64,000 bases of DNA from a virus (taxonomy: Duplodnaviria; Caudoviricetes), in IMG/VR virus record IMGVR_UViG_3300005805_000068, positions 16,627-80,626 of that record, one strand, 5' to 3'. The position numbers and the translations under genes were made by a program. Within the stretch, counting starts at the first letter, position 1; each line of letters begins with the position of its first letter. Positions 19,553 to 28,861 of this stretch are shown one piece after another. The notes under the pieces were generated by a model. It saw nothing but the letters and a program-made list of their open reading frames with translations, did not search any database and was not told the DNA's origin.

Positions 19553-19785
19553 AAGAAAGATACATGATTGTTACATATATCTTAAAACATTATCAAAAAT
19601 GGGACGAACTAACGGAATTTAAAAATAGAGTGTCAAAGAAACACCTAACTACCGCTAAGGTAATTTTAGATTTTAAAGAAAAAAAGATAGTCAAGAATTC
19701 TCTTAGACCCGACCTGGGATATGAAGAGCTACTAGAATTCTACAAAAGGTTATTGGGGGATCGATTAACCCCCCATTTACCTTAA
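19549..19785 (+). CDS. Hypothetical protein
   Basis: 78 aa with ATGA overlap. Confidence 0.55.
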   Translation: MKERYMIVTYILKHYQKWDELTEFKNRVSKKHLTTAKVILDFKEKKIVKNSLRPDLGYEELLEFYKRLLGDRLTPHLP

Positions 19786-20501
19786 AAATCTTTATAGATT
19801 GCTAAAATTTCTTTTACCGCTTCGTGTCTTTCAACATCCTTAACTGTAAAGTGACAAGTTTCAACATAACGATGATCTTGGAAATCGTTAAACAATCCTA
19901 AGAATTCTAGTAAACCATTATTACTCGGTCGATCTGCTTGCTGTAAATCACCAGTAACAACCATCTTAGATCCCGTTCCTAATCTCGTTAATAACATTTT
20001 CATCTGGCTAGGCGTAGCATTCTGCATTTCGTCAGCGATAATTGCTGCTCGTTTAAATGTTCTACCACGCATATAGGCAAGCGGACTGATCTCGATTACT
20101 CCTTCTCTAATCATGCTTTCAATCTCTCTTGCGGTATAGTTTTCGGAAAACACGTCCATTATAGGCTTAGTCCAAGGTTCCATCTTTTCTTGGAGTGATC
20201 CTGGTAAGAATCCGTGTTGCTCATCTACTGAAACAGCAGGTCTTGTAATGATAACTTTATCGATCAGATTATCTTTGAGTTGATTAATAGCCCATTGCAC
20301 TGCTAACATAGTTTTACCCGTACCTGCAGGCCCGATAGCAAAAACTATCATTTTTTGTGGGTCATTTAGTTTGAGTAGATATGTTTCTTGACTGAGATTT
20401 TTGGGATATATTTGGACTCGCTTGCGCTTCTCTTGGAGTCGTTGATCAATATTTATTACATTATGTTGTAAAGCTGCTGCTACCGCTCTTTTTCGCTTCA
20501 T
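19782..20501 (-). CDS. phoH: PhoH-family ATPase
   Basis: GPAGTGKT, ITRPAV, PLAYMRGRTF, DEMQN and GDLQQAD motifs. AAGGAGG SD. Confidence 0.95.
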   Translation of the reverse strand: MKRKRAVAAALQHNVINIDQRLQEKRKRVQIYPKNLSQETYLLKLNDPQKMIVFAIGPAGTGKTMLAVQWAINQLKDNLIDKVIITRPAVSVDEQHGFLPGSLQEKMEPWTKPIMDVFSENYTAREIESMIREGVIEISPLAYMRGRTFKRAAIIADEMQNATPSQMKMLLTRLGTGSKMVVTGDLQQADRPSNNGLLEFLGLFNDFQDHRYVETCHFTVKDVERHEAVKEILAIYKDF

Positions 20502-20650
20502 ATTAAGGTATTGCCTCCTTTTTGTGAAGTGTTAGGTACGGACCTAAAAACAGCTTATGTCCGCGACCGAACACAATCGTATTTAAGTCGAAGTCAATAA
20601 TATAATAGTTTATGTTAAAGTTTCATAGATAAATACAATTAGGAGACATC

Positions 20651-21187
20651 ATGGCAGACATTAAAGACATCATTACTAATATAGAACAGATTTACGGGTC
20701 TAACAATAGCCTTAATTTGCTCAAGGACTTTGAGCGTGTTATTGACGAGTTAGATACCTATGTTTACGATAATTGGATCGACGGTGAATTAGTTAGTGGC
20801 CCTAAAGAATCACGCTACTTTGTAGAGTGTACATTTATGTGGCCTAAAGATAAGATGCCCGAACCTAAAGGTGGACAACGTTTATTAGATTATGGCTGTA
20901 AAGTAGAATTTGCAGAAAGCGTAATAAGCCAAGTTCGAAAAATTAAAAATCCAGATGATATTCGCCCCGGGACACGAAAAGGTAAGATTGATCAAAAACC
21001 TATCTGGATGGTTAAGATCACTATGCCTAAAAAACTCATGCACGATATTACTCGTGGATATACAGAATTAGACAGAAACAAAATTGAAGATATGGTCACT
21101 ATGAACGGCGGAGTAAATGCGCATATTGATCCAGCAGAAATACAAGCACAGGAGATGGCAAGTGCCGAACAACAATCAGCAGCTTAA
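20651..21187 (+). CDS. Conserved hypothetical phage protein
   Basis: 178 aa with AGGAG SD and upstream ATAAATA motif. Confidence 0.7.
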   Translation: MADIKDIITNIEQIYGSNNSLNLLKDFERVIDELDTYVYDNWIDGELVSGPKESRYFVECTFMWPKDKMPEPKGGQRLLDYGCKVEFAESVISQVRKIKNPDDIRPGTRKGKIDQKPIWMVKITMPKKLMHDITRGYTELDRNKIEDMVTMNGGVNAHIDPAEIQAQEMASAEQQSAA

Positions 21188-21908
21188 TGAAGGACTTCGT
21201 CCTATGGACCTAGCAGAAATGGTCTATCCAACTTTTGAAGTTGATACATACAGTTCTAAAATGGGAGAAGACCGCGATGTCTGTGTAGTTAGCTTTTGTG
21301 TTAAAGATCGTGCTCCAGCAAAAGACCTTATGGAGTTTATCGAAAAAGGTTACTATTTTGTATTAGACAGCGATGTTAGTTCTGGAGAAAATTCCGAAGG
21401 AGAGTATTCAGTATTTGTCGAACTTCCAAGAAGTCCACGATTAGCAGAACAGATCAAAGAATTAACGTATGGTGTACGTAAGCTAACAGGGATCGATGAT
21501 TTTAAATTTAAATATCATAAACAAAATCAAGAACACGCAGTCACAGAAGAAACCTTAAGATCGATTATTCCTGCAACTGCTAGAGATTATGATGGACTGT
21601 TAACTCGCATTAAAGTTGAAGGCATCAAACATTTCTTTAATAAGACACTAATGGATGATCTTACACTTGATAATGATATAATCACTATACACAAACCTTT
21701 TGATAAAAAAGTACAATTACGTATGATCAAAGAAGGTTCAACAGATACCATCCTCGAAGGATCAACAGATCCGATCGCAGCCGACGAAGCTGCTACAAGC
21801 GAAATATTTTGGCTCACTAAAGTTTTAGGTGACTACAATATTAATAAAGTAGGTGACAAGTTTGTATTTGACAATAACGGTCAATCAATGATTTTACAAA
21901 GGATATAA
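21162..21908 (+). CDS. Hypothetical phage protein
   Basis: Likely GTG start at 21162 after AGGAG. In frame with the track ORF 21117..21908. Confidence 0.65.
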   Translation: MPNNNQQLNEGLRPMDLAEMVYPTFEVDTYSSKMGEDRDVCVVSFCVKDRAPAKDLMEFIEKGYYFVLDSDVSSGENSEGEYSVFVELPRSPRLAEQIKELTYGVRKLTGIDDFKFKYHKQNQEHAVTEETLRSIIPATARDYDGLLTRIKVEGIKHFFNKTLMDDLTLDNDIITIHKPFDKKVQLRMIKEGSTDTILEGSTDPIAADEAATSEIFWLTKVLGDYNINKVGDKFVFDNNGQSMILQRI

Positions 21909-21909
21909 G

Positions 21910-22539
21910 ATGAGTTTTACATTTGATTTTAAAAAAGAACATCTAGCACAAGTTATTCCTGGAAATCCATATTTGGATCACTGGCATCATGCACTCAGCG
22001 AGATACTTCCAGAATATGAAATTAATACTCCGAAACGTGTTGCTGCTTTTCTAGCACAGTGTGCTCATGAGAGTGGCGGATTTAAATTTTTGAAAGAGAA
22101 TCTAAATTATAGAGCAGAAACTCTTGTTAAACTCTTTAAAAAATATTTTCCAACATTAGAAGAAGCGAAAAAATACGAGAAACAACCAGAAAAGATCGCT
22201 AACAAGATCTACGGTGGACGTATGGGAAATGGTCCAGAGGCAAGCGGCGATGGGTTCCGCTATTGTGGACGTGGACTTATACAATTAACAGGCAAAGACA
22301 ATTATACATTGTTTGCTGCGTCTATTGATACTCCAATAGAAGAAATTCCAGAATACCTGCAAACTTTCGAAGGTGCTGTTCAATCAGCCTGCTATTTCTG
22401 GGAAAGCACAGGATTAAACAAAGAAGCCGATGCTGGTGATATCAAAACTATGACTCGCAAAATTAACGGCGGATATATCGGACTTGAAGATCGTATCAAA
22501 CATTATGAACACGCTCTTCATATCTTTGGAGCACATTAA
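21910..22539 (+). CDS. Glycoside hydrolase family 19 endolysin
   Basis: AAFLAQCAHESGGF..LKENLNY, GDG.RYCGRG.IQLTG..NY and TRKINGG..GLEDR motifs. Confidence 0.92.
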   Translation: MSFTFDFKKEHLAQVIPGNPYLDHWHHALSEILPEYEINTPKRVAAFLAQCAHESGGFKFLKENLNYRAETLVKLFKKYFPTLEEAKKYEKQPEKIANKIYGGRMGNGPEASGDGFRYCGRGLIQLTGKDNYTLFAASIDTPIEEIPEYLQTFEGAVQSACYFWESTGLNKEADAGDIKTMTRKINGGYIGLEDRIKHYEHALHIFGAH

Positions 22540-22541
22540 TT

Positions 22542-23033
22542 ATGTGGTTGCTCAATTTTGTTTGGAGCATGTTGCCAGATAGTTTTTTACAATGGATTAT
22601 TAATGTAGTCCTTTACGTAGGTTTATTTTCTACTATTTCTGGTTTTTTCTTAGCATGGATTCCATTTTTCAATAGATATAAATTACCATTACAGTTAGTA
22701 GGTATTATATTACTAGCCGCTGGTTTATTTTTCAAAGGCGGATATGCTACAGAAATGATGTGGCGCGAACGTGTAAAAGAACTAGAATCTAAAATTGCGA
22801 TTGCTGAAGATAAATCCAAAAAGGCTACAGAACAGCTTAATAATAAAGTTAAATCACAAACAAAAGTAATACACGATACAAAAGTGATCACTAAGGAAAA
22901 AATTAAGGTGGTTGAAAAACTTATCGACAGAGAATGCAAAGTACCTAAAGAAGCAGTTGACGTACACAACGAAGCCGCAAAGGCTCCGGTTGTTGAAGTT
23001 GGCCCTGTTGTAATCGAAGGGGGCAAAAAATGA
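22542..23033 (+). CDS. Putative inner-membrane spanin (Rz-like)
   Basis: N-terminal TM segments followed by a coiled coil. Immediately follows the endolysin. Confidence 0.6.
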   Translation: MWLLNFVWSMLPDSFLQWIINVVLYVGLFSTISGFFLAWIPFFNRYKLPLQLVGIILLAAGLFFKGGYATEMMWRERVKELESKIAIAEDKSKKATEQLNNKVKSQTKVIHDTKVITKEKIKVVEKLIDRECKVPKEAVDVHNEAAKAPVVEVGPVVIEGGKK

Positions 23034-23299
23034 AAAAATTAGCATTATTATTTTCAGTGTTTTTACTTACCGGATGTTTAGAAACTGTGCCCGTTAAACG
23101 TAGTTTTCCAGACATCCCAGCAGAACTAAAAGCTGCTTGTCCGGAACTACAAAAAGTAGAACCAGGAACAACACAATTAAGCAAGGTCATGGAAGTAGTA
23201 GTTGATAACTATTCAACATATTATGAATGCCGTGTTAAAGTAGATGCTTTCTTACAGTGGCATCAAGAACAAAAGAAAATTTTTGAAGAAGTTAAGTAA
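23030..23299 (+). CDS. Putative outer-membrane spanin lipoprotein (Rz1-like)
   Basis: Lipobox LLTGC, Pro-rich segment and additional Cys residues. Confidence 0.7.
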   Translation: MKKLALLFSVFLLTGCLETVPVKRSFPDIPAELKAACPELQKVEPGTTQLSKVMEVVVDNYSTYYECRVKVDAFLQWHQEQKKIFEEVK

Positions 23300-23327
23300 A
23301 TAATAGTATCAGTTTAAGGAGCGAAAC

Positions 23328-23870
23328 ATGGCAACAGCAGCAGAGAAAAAAACAGAAGATTGGATGACTACTAAATGGCGTCCGTTAATGGCCGTAACAT
23401 ATATGGCTACTATTTGGTTTGACTTTATACTAGGTCCAATCATTTTTAACATATTACAATTTCACAATCCAGGTCAGGCAGTTACAACCTGGACACCATT
23501 GACCTTACAAGGTGGTGGTTTATATCACTTAGCAATGGGTGGTATTTTAGGTATTGCTGCTTGGACACGTGGTAAAGAAAAAGTAGCGGCTATCGAATCA
23601 GGTGAAAACAAACAGGGTTTTAATTTGGGGACCGGTGCTTTCCCCGAAGTAAAAGCATCAGAGCCACAATGGGTAAGTAACCCAAATCAAGGTATGTCAC
23701 CGCAGCAAACGTGGGCACCTAATCCTGCTCCAGTAGCGCCTGCACCGAGCTACGCAGCTCCTGCAGCTTATAGCAGTAGACCAGTGTCTGTACCTAGCTA
23801 TGGTGGTTCAACATTTACATCGGCAAGTGGTAAATTAGGGCCAACACCAGAGCCGCAACCGGAACTATAA
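23328..23870 (+). CDS. Putative holin (3TM, GTA-holin-like) with long Pro/Ala/Ser-rich tail
   Basis: WRPLMAVTY...GGLYHLAMGGILGIAAWTRGKEK, within the lysis cassette. Confidence 0.65.
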   Translation: MATAAEKKTEDWMTTKWRPLMAVTYMATIWFDFILGPIIFNILQFHNPGQAVTTWTPLTLQGGGLYHLAMGGILGIAAWTRGKEKVAAIESGENKQGFNLGTGAFPEVKASEPQWVSNPNQGMSPQQTWAPNPAPVAPAPSYAAPAAYSSRPVSVPSYGGSTFTSASGKLGPTPEPQPEL

Positions 23871-23880
23871 GGAAAATAAA

Positions 23881-24105
23881 ATGAAAAAATTAGTAACATT
23901 AGTTTTTGCAAGTATATTATCGTTTGCATCATTAACGGCGTGTGCAAAAGAAGAAGCAGCAGCACCCGCTGTTGAAGCACCAAAAACCAAACAAGTTTGC
24001 ATCGATACTAAAGGTAAAGATGGTAAAGTAGTTAAACAATGCAAAACGGTCAAAGTTCATAAGAAATTTGAAGGTACTAAAGTTCCAGAAAAATCAAAAA
24101 AATAA
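23881..24105 (+). CDS. Small secreted/lipoprotein-like protein
   Basis: Signal peptide ending in LTAC/A, and a Lys-rich C-terminus with two Cys. Confidence 0.55.
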   Translation: MKKLVTLVFASILSFASLTACAKEEAAAPAVEAPKTKQVCIDTKGKDGKVVKQCKTVKVHKKFEGTKVPEKSKK

Positions 24106-24131
24106 TTTACCTCAGTAAATCTCGATTAAAT

Positions 24132-24161
24132 AAAAGGACTGCTTGACACAGTCCTTTTTTT
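24132..24161 (+). terminator. Rho-independent terminator ending the lysis cassette
   Basis: AAAAGGACTG-cttgaca-CAGTCCTTTT perfect inverted repeat followed by a T-run. Confidence 0.85.
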
Positions 24162-24171
24162 ATTATATAAT
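24143..24171 (+). promoter_or_regulatory. Consensus sigma70 promoter for dnaJ-def-clpA
   Basis: TTGACA (24143-48), N17, TATAAT (24166-71). ATG at 24178. Confidence 0.85.
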
Positions 24172-24177
24172 ATTATT

Positions 24178-25014
24178 ATGGACTATTACTCAACTCTTGG
24201 ATTAAAACGCGGTGCTAGTGCTGATGATATTAAAAAAGCCTATCGAAGCCTAGCAATGAAACACCATCCAGACCGCGGTGGTGATGAAAAGAAATTTAAA
24301 GAAATTTCACAAGCCTACGAATTTTTAACCGACCCTCAAAAGAAATCTATTATCGATATGGGTGGTGATCCAAATTCCCAAGGAGGATTCCATCATGGTC
24401 GAGGGGATCCTTTTGAATTCCATTTTGGAACTGAAGATTTAAATGATCTATTTGGTAACTTTGGATTTGGATTCGGTGGTAGACCCCAACGAAGAAATAG
24501 AAGTCTAAGTATTAATGTTGAAATTAATCTAGAAGAAGTACTAACCGGAAAAGAAATTAACGCAGAAGTTGGTGTTCCGGGTGGTAGTAAAAAAATGATT
24601 AATATTGAAATACCACCAGGTATACAACATGGACAACAGATCAAATATCAAGGAATGGGAGATCACACCATGACTGATATTCGTCCTGGTGATTTAATAG
24701 TCAACATTTTTGTAAGACCGCATAGTACATTCCGCAGAGAAGGAAATAATCTAATATTTGAAAAATCTATCACTATCTGGGATGCAATATTAGGATCAAA
24801 AATTGCTATCGATACATTAGATAAAAAAACTTTACATATTACAGTACCTCCAGGCACACAACCAGATACTGTAATGAGTTGTAACGGTGAAGGATTACCT
24901 GATATGAGAACTAAACATCGAGGTAATTTGTTGATTAGAATTAAAGTCAACGTACCAAGAAATCTAACTTACGATCAATATCAAAAAATACAGGAACTAA
25001 AGAATGTCATTTAA
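24178..25014 (+). CDS. dnaJ: DnaJ-class (CbpA/type II) co-chaperone
   Basis: J domain with HPD, G/F-rich linker, DnaJ C-terminal domains, no Zn finger. Confidence 0.92.
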   Translation: MDYYSTLGLKRGASADDIKKAYRSLAMKHHPDRGGDEKKFKEISQAYEFLTDPQKKSIIDMGGDPNSQGGFHHGRGDPFEFHFGTEDLNDLFGNFGFGFGGRPQRRNRSLSINVEINLEEVLTGKEINAEVGVPGGSKKMINIEIPPGIQHGQQIKYQGMGDHTMTDIRPGDLIVNIFVRPHSTFRREGNNLIFEKSITIWDAILGSKIAIDTLDKKTLHITVPPGTQPDTVMSCNGEGLPDMRTKHRGNLLIRIKVNVPRNLTYDQYQKIQELKNVI

Positions 25015-25501
25015 TTTAGGTCCTCACGAAAGTCTTATACAAGTCAGTACTAACTGGGAGTTTGGTATTGATGGAGACGCTAAACAATTAGAAAAAGATC
25101 TAATTGAATTTATGTTGGCCAATAAAGGAATTGGTTTGGCTGCTAATCAGATCGGATTAACTAAACGTGTTTTTGTAATGGGAAGTAACAATATCGAAGG
25201 ATTTCCTGTACCTTTCGCTGTGTTTAATCCTGTAATAACAGAAGCCAGCACAGATTTAGTATTAGATGAGGAAGGATGTTTAAGTTATCCCGATTTATTT
25301 TTAAAAGTAAAAAGGCCAAACTGGATTATCGCACAGTATCAAGACAGCGAAGGTAATCTAAAAGAAATTAAAGCCGAAGGATATTTGGCCAAATGCTTTC
25401 AACACGAATATGATCATCTAAATGGTGTATGTTTTGTTGACAGAGTATCACAGATGAAGTTACAATTAGCTATGAAGAAAATAAGGAAAAAGAATAAATG
25501 A
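25004..25501 (+). CDS. def: Peptide deformylase
   Basis: GIGLAANQ, EGCLS and QHEYDHL (HExxH) motifs. Confidence 0.95.
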   Translation: MSFNLGPHESLIQVSTNWEFGIDGDAKQLEKDLIEFMLANKGIGLAANQIGLTKRVFVMGSNNIEGFPVPFAVFNPVITEASTDLVLDEEGCLSYPDLFLKVKRPNWIIAQYQDSEGNLKEIKAEGYLAKCFQHEYDHLNGVCFVDRVSQMKLQLAMKKIRKKNK

Positions 25502-27846
25502 TCGAACCGAGCCAAAATCTACAAGCTATCTTTGAAAACAGTATTAAGATCGCTCAAGAAAATCAGCATGAATATATCACTATTGAACATTTAGTTTATG
25601 CGATCTTATGTGATCAGGAATCTCATGCTTTCATGGAAGGGTTTGGTGCTGATGTTAATTTTATCAAAACCAATCTTGAACACTACATTAAAAATAATAT
25701 GGCTGATATTAAAACCGATAATAAAAATATCAAACCTAAAAAAACAAATAGTGTAGAACGTGTACTTAATCGATGCTTTACTCAAGTTCTGTTTAGCGGA
25801 CGTCAACGTATGGAAGTTGCTGATGTGATTGTTAGCGTTCTTTCGGAAAAGAATAGTTTTGGATTTTACTTCTTACAGAAGGGCGGAGTTACCAAAGAGA
25901 AGTTTGTTAAGTTCTTCCAAGAAAATCTTATCATAGAAGAAGTTGAAGAGATGGAAGAAGAAACCAGAGTTACTGCTCATCACGGAAATGGTGAAAAAAT
26001 ACTTAATCAATTTTGTACTAATCTTTCATTAAAGGCGAAACAAAGAACCATCGACCCAGTTATTGGTCGTGATGAAGAAATTGAAAAAATTAATCTTGTG
26101 TTAGCAAGACGTAATAAATCAAATGTGTTAATGGTAGGTGAACCAGGTGTAGGTAAGACTGCTATTGCTGAAGGTATCGCTCGTAAAATCTTTGAAAAGA
26201 AAGTACCTAAATTTATTCAAGACCACACAGTATACACATTAGATATCGGAGCATTACTTGCTGGTAGTAAGTATCGAGGAGACTTTGAAGAACGTATCAA
26301 ATCAGTATTAAACACACTCGAGAAAAAAGGAAAAATTATTTTATTCATTGACGAAGCACACATGATGAGTGGTGCTGGAACCGCTAGCAACAGTCCAAAT
26401 GATCTGGCCAATCTGTTAAAACCAGTGCTTACTAAGGGTGTAATAAAGCTCATCGCAAGTACCACTTGGGAAGAGTATCGCAAGCACTTTGAAAAAGACC
26501 GTGCTTTAATGCGCAGATTCCAACGTGTTAATATTGATGAACCTACTCCAGACATGGCAGTTAAAATCCTCAAAGGTCTTAAAAAGTATTACGAAAAACA
26601 TCACAACGTTAAGATTAGCGATGCTGCTATCGAACAAGCAGTTAAATTGTCAGTTAAGTATATGAGTGATAAAAAATTACCTGATAAAGCCATCGATATC
26701 ATTGACTGTGCTTCAGCTCGTTACAAACTTAAAGACGATGAAACTACAGAAGGTGTAGAACAGATTGTTGATATTGAACAGGTCACTTATGAGCTTAGTA
26801 AGATGATTAATATGCCATTAGAAACAGTGGCTCAAAAAGAAAGTAAAAATCTTGCTGATTTAGAATCAGGTATGAAAGGTGCTGTATACGGGCAGGATGA
26901 TGCTGTAGATACATTGCTCGATAAGATCTTTGTATCACAGGCAGGAATGAAGTCACCAAATAAACCTATTGGATCATTCCTTTTCCTTGGGCCAACTGGT
27001 TGCGGTAAGACCGAAACTGCTAAACAACTGTCAGATAAGATGGGGATGCCTCTTGTGCGATTTGATATGGGCGAATATCAAGAGAAACATTCAGTAGCAC
27101 GTTTGATTGGTGCGCCTCCGGGATATGTAGGTTATGAAGATAATGCCGGTCAACTTATTACTAAATTACAAGAAACTCCTAACAGTATTCTGTTATTGGA
27201 TGAAATTGAAAAAGCACATCCAGATGTTACTAATATCCTGTTAGCATTCATGGATAATGGATTTGTTACAGGTTCTAACGGCAAACAGGCAGATGGACGT
27301 AACTGTATTCTTATCATGACATCAAACTTAGGTGCTGCTGATAATGAAAACAATACTATTGGTTTTGGTGCGTTGGACAAAGAAGGCGAAGATGATAAAG
27401 CAGTTAAGAAATTCTTTGCTCCAGAGTTTAGAAATCGGTTAGATGGTATTATTAAATTTACTAAACTATCACAAGATACTGTTGCACAGATTGTTAAAAA
27501 ATTCATCGGTGATCTCAATGATCAACTTAAAGACAAAGGTATTGAAATTGTCGCAGGTGCTAATGCTGTTAAATGGTTGTCAGATAAAGGGTATGACAGC
27601 AAGATGGGTGCTAGACCGTTGGCAAGATTGATTGATAATAAAATTAAGAGTCCATTAAGTCGACGTGTATTATTTGGAGATTTAGTAGATGGTGGTCGTG
27701 TAAATATCACCGTTGAAAACGATGAGTTATCTTTTACAATAACAGAATTACCTAAGCCCTTAACAAAAGCAGAACGCAAGGCTCTCAAAGCTGCAAAATT
27801 TACAGAAAATATAGTTGAGACCGCAGATGAAAACACTGACAACTAA
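25498..27846 (+). CDS. clpA: ClpA-type Hsp100 ATPase
   Basis: Clp N domain, two Walker A motifs (GEPGVGKT, GPTGCGKT), GAPPGYVG and a ClpP-docking IGF loop (NTIGFG). Confidence 0.92.
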   Translation: MIEPSQNLQAIFENSIKIAQENQHEYITIEHLVYAILCDQESHAFMEGFGADVNFIKTNLEHYIKNNMADIKTDNKNIKPKKTNSVERVLNRCFTQVLFSGRQRMEVADVIVSVLSEKNSFGFYFLQKGGVTKEKFVKFFQENLIIEEVEEMEEETRVTAHHGNGEKILNQFCTNLSLKAKQRTIDPVIGRDEEIEKINLVLARRNKSNVLMVGEPGVGKTAIAEGIARKIFEKKVPKFIQDHTVYTLDIGALLAGSKYRGDFEERIKSVLNTLEKKGKIILFIDEAHMMSGAGTASNSPNDLANLLKPVLTKGVIKLIASTTWEEYRKHFEKDRALMRRFQRVNIDEPTPDMAVKILKGLKKYYEKHHNVKISDAAIEQAVKLSVKYMSDKKLPDKAIDIIDCASARYKLKDDETTEGVEQIVDIEQVTYELSKMINMPLETVAQKESKNLADLESGMKGAVYGQDDAVDTLLDKIFVSQAGMKSPNKPIGSFLFLGPTGCGKTETAKQLSDKMGMPLVRFDMGEYQEKHSVARLIGAPPGYVGYEDNAGQLITKLQETPNSILLLDEIEKAHPDVTNILLAFMDNGFVTGSNGKQADGRNCILIMTSNLGAADNENNTIGFGALDKEGEDDKAVKKFFAPEFRNRLDGIIKFTKLSQDTVAQIVKKFIGDLNDQLKDKGIEIVAGANAVKWLSDKGYDSKMGARPLARLIDNKIKSPLSRRVLFGDLVDGGRVNITVENDELSFTITELPKPLTKAERKALKAAKFTENIVETADENTDN

Positions 27847-28480
27847 TAAGAAATTTTACAACAAATGGTTGTATAAGGTTTCTCTCAATGCTCCCTATTC
27901 CAATGCTTTTAGAATATATGATTTTGACGAGATTAAGAATCACTGTTATTCTAATAATGAAGACCATCTTAGATGGATAGGGGCTAATGTTAGGGAGCAT
28001 AAGGATCAAATAATTCCGTTGGTAGAATATTTAGAAACATTAGATCCTAGTGCATGGACTAAACGTATAGAGACTCGACAGATAGATTTTTATACTAATG
28101 ACTCTATTATATACGAAGACCTTTTTGAAAAATTCCAAGATCAAGTCATACATAGATCTGCTCCTTCCGGACAGACATTAGATTCAAAATCTATATTAAC
28201 TACTAAATTACCTCACGGAAAATATCGATATAGGGTATATCTACAACCTCATAAACTTAAAAATGATCGAGATGGTAAGAAAAAGTATTTAGATTGGCTT
28301 ATCGGGCAATCTCCTAGAATTACCTGTACAGATGCTGTACAACGTTGGTTCTTAAAAACTGATTGGAATTGGGACCGCAGATACGTATTAGTAGAAGATG
28401 AAGGCACTTTATTGATGCTTAAACTAAGAAATCCAGAGGTTATGGGCAGTGTCTATAACTATGTCTTAAGCGATAAATAA
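27827..28480 (+). CDS. Hypothetical protein
   Basis: Long ORF overlapping the clpA end. Start taken at ATG 27827. Confidence 0.65.
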   Translation: MKTLTTNKKFYNKWLYKVSLNAPYSNAFRIYDFDEIKNHCYSNNEDHLRWIGANVREHKDQIIPLVEYLETLDPSAWTKRIETRQIDFYTNDSIIYEDLFEKFQDQVIHRSAPSGQTLDSKSILTTKLPHGKYRYRVYLQPHKLKNDRDGKKKYLDWLIGQSPRITCTDAVQRWFLKTDWNWDRRYVLVEDEGTLLMLKLRNPEVMGSVYNYVLSDK

Positions 28481-28483
28481 GAG

Positions 28484-28837
28484 ATGTCCACTGAAAGTAC
28501 AATTCTAATATCTAATATCACAACAGAAGTTTTATCACCTTCTGTTTTTTCCTATTCTGATAAACAAAAGGGAGCAGGCTATCACAAATACAATGATGGC
28601 GTTCATACCGCTGTTTATCAACTCAGCGAATTTGTTGGAACTATTAAAATACAGGCTACATTAGAATTATATCCAGGCGATAATGACTGGTTTGATGTAG
28701 ATGGTACTGAACATAGTTTTGATAGTTCTATATCAAATGGTGCGTATCCTTATACATTTACTGGTAAATTTACCTGGATTCGTGCTGCATACAACCTACA
28801 AAACGGTACTATTACCCAAATCCGATATAATTACTAA
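28484..28837 (+). CDS. Hypothetical (probably virion) protein
   Basis: Preceded by ATAAATA. Beta-rich composition. Confidence 0.55.
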   Translation: MSTESTILISNITTEVLSPSVFSYSDKQKGAGYHKYNDGVHTAVYQLSEFVGTIKIQATLELYPGDNDWFDVDGTEHSFDSSISNGAYPYTFTGKFTWIRAAYNLQNGTITQIRYNY

Positions 28838-28861
28838 GTTTCAAAAGGCGATAAATATAGT

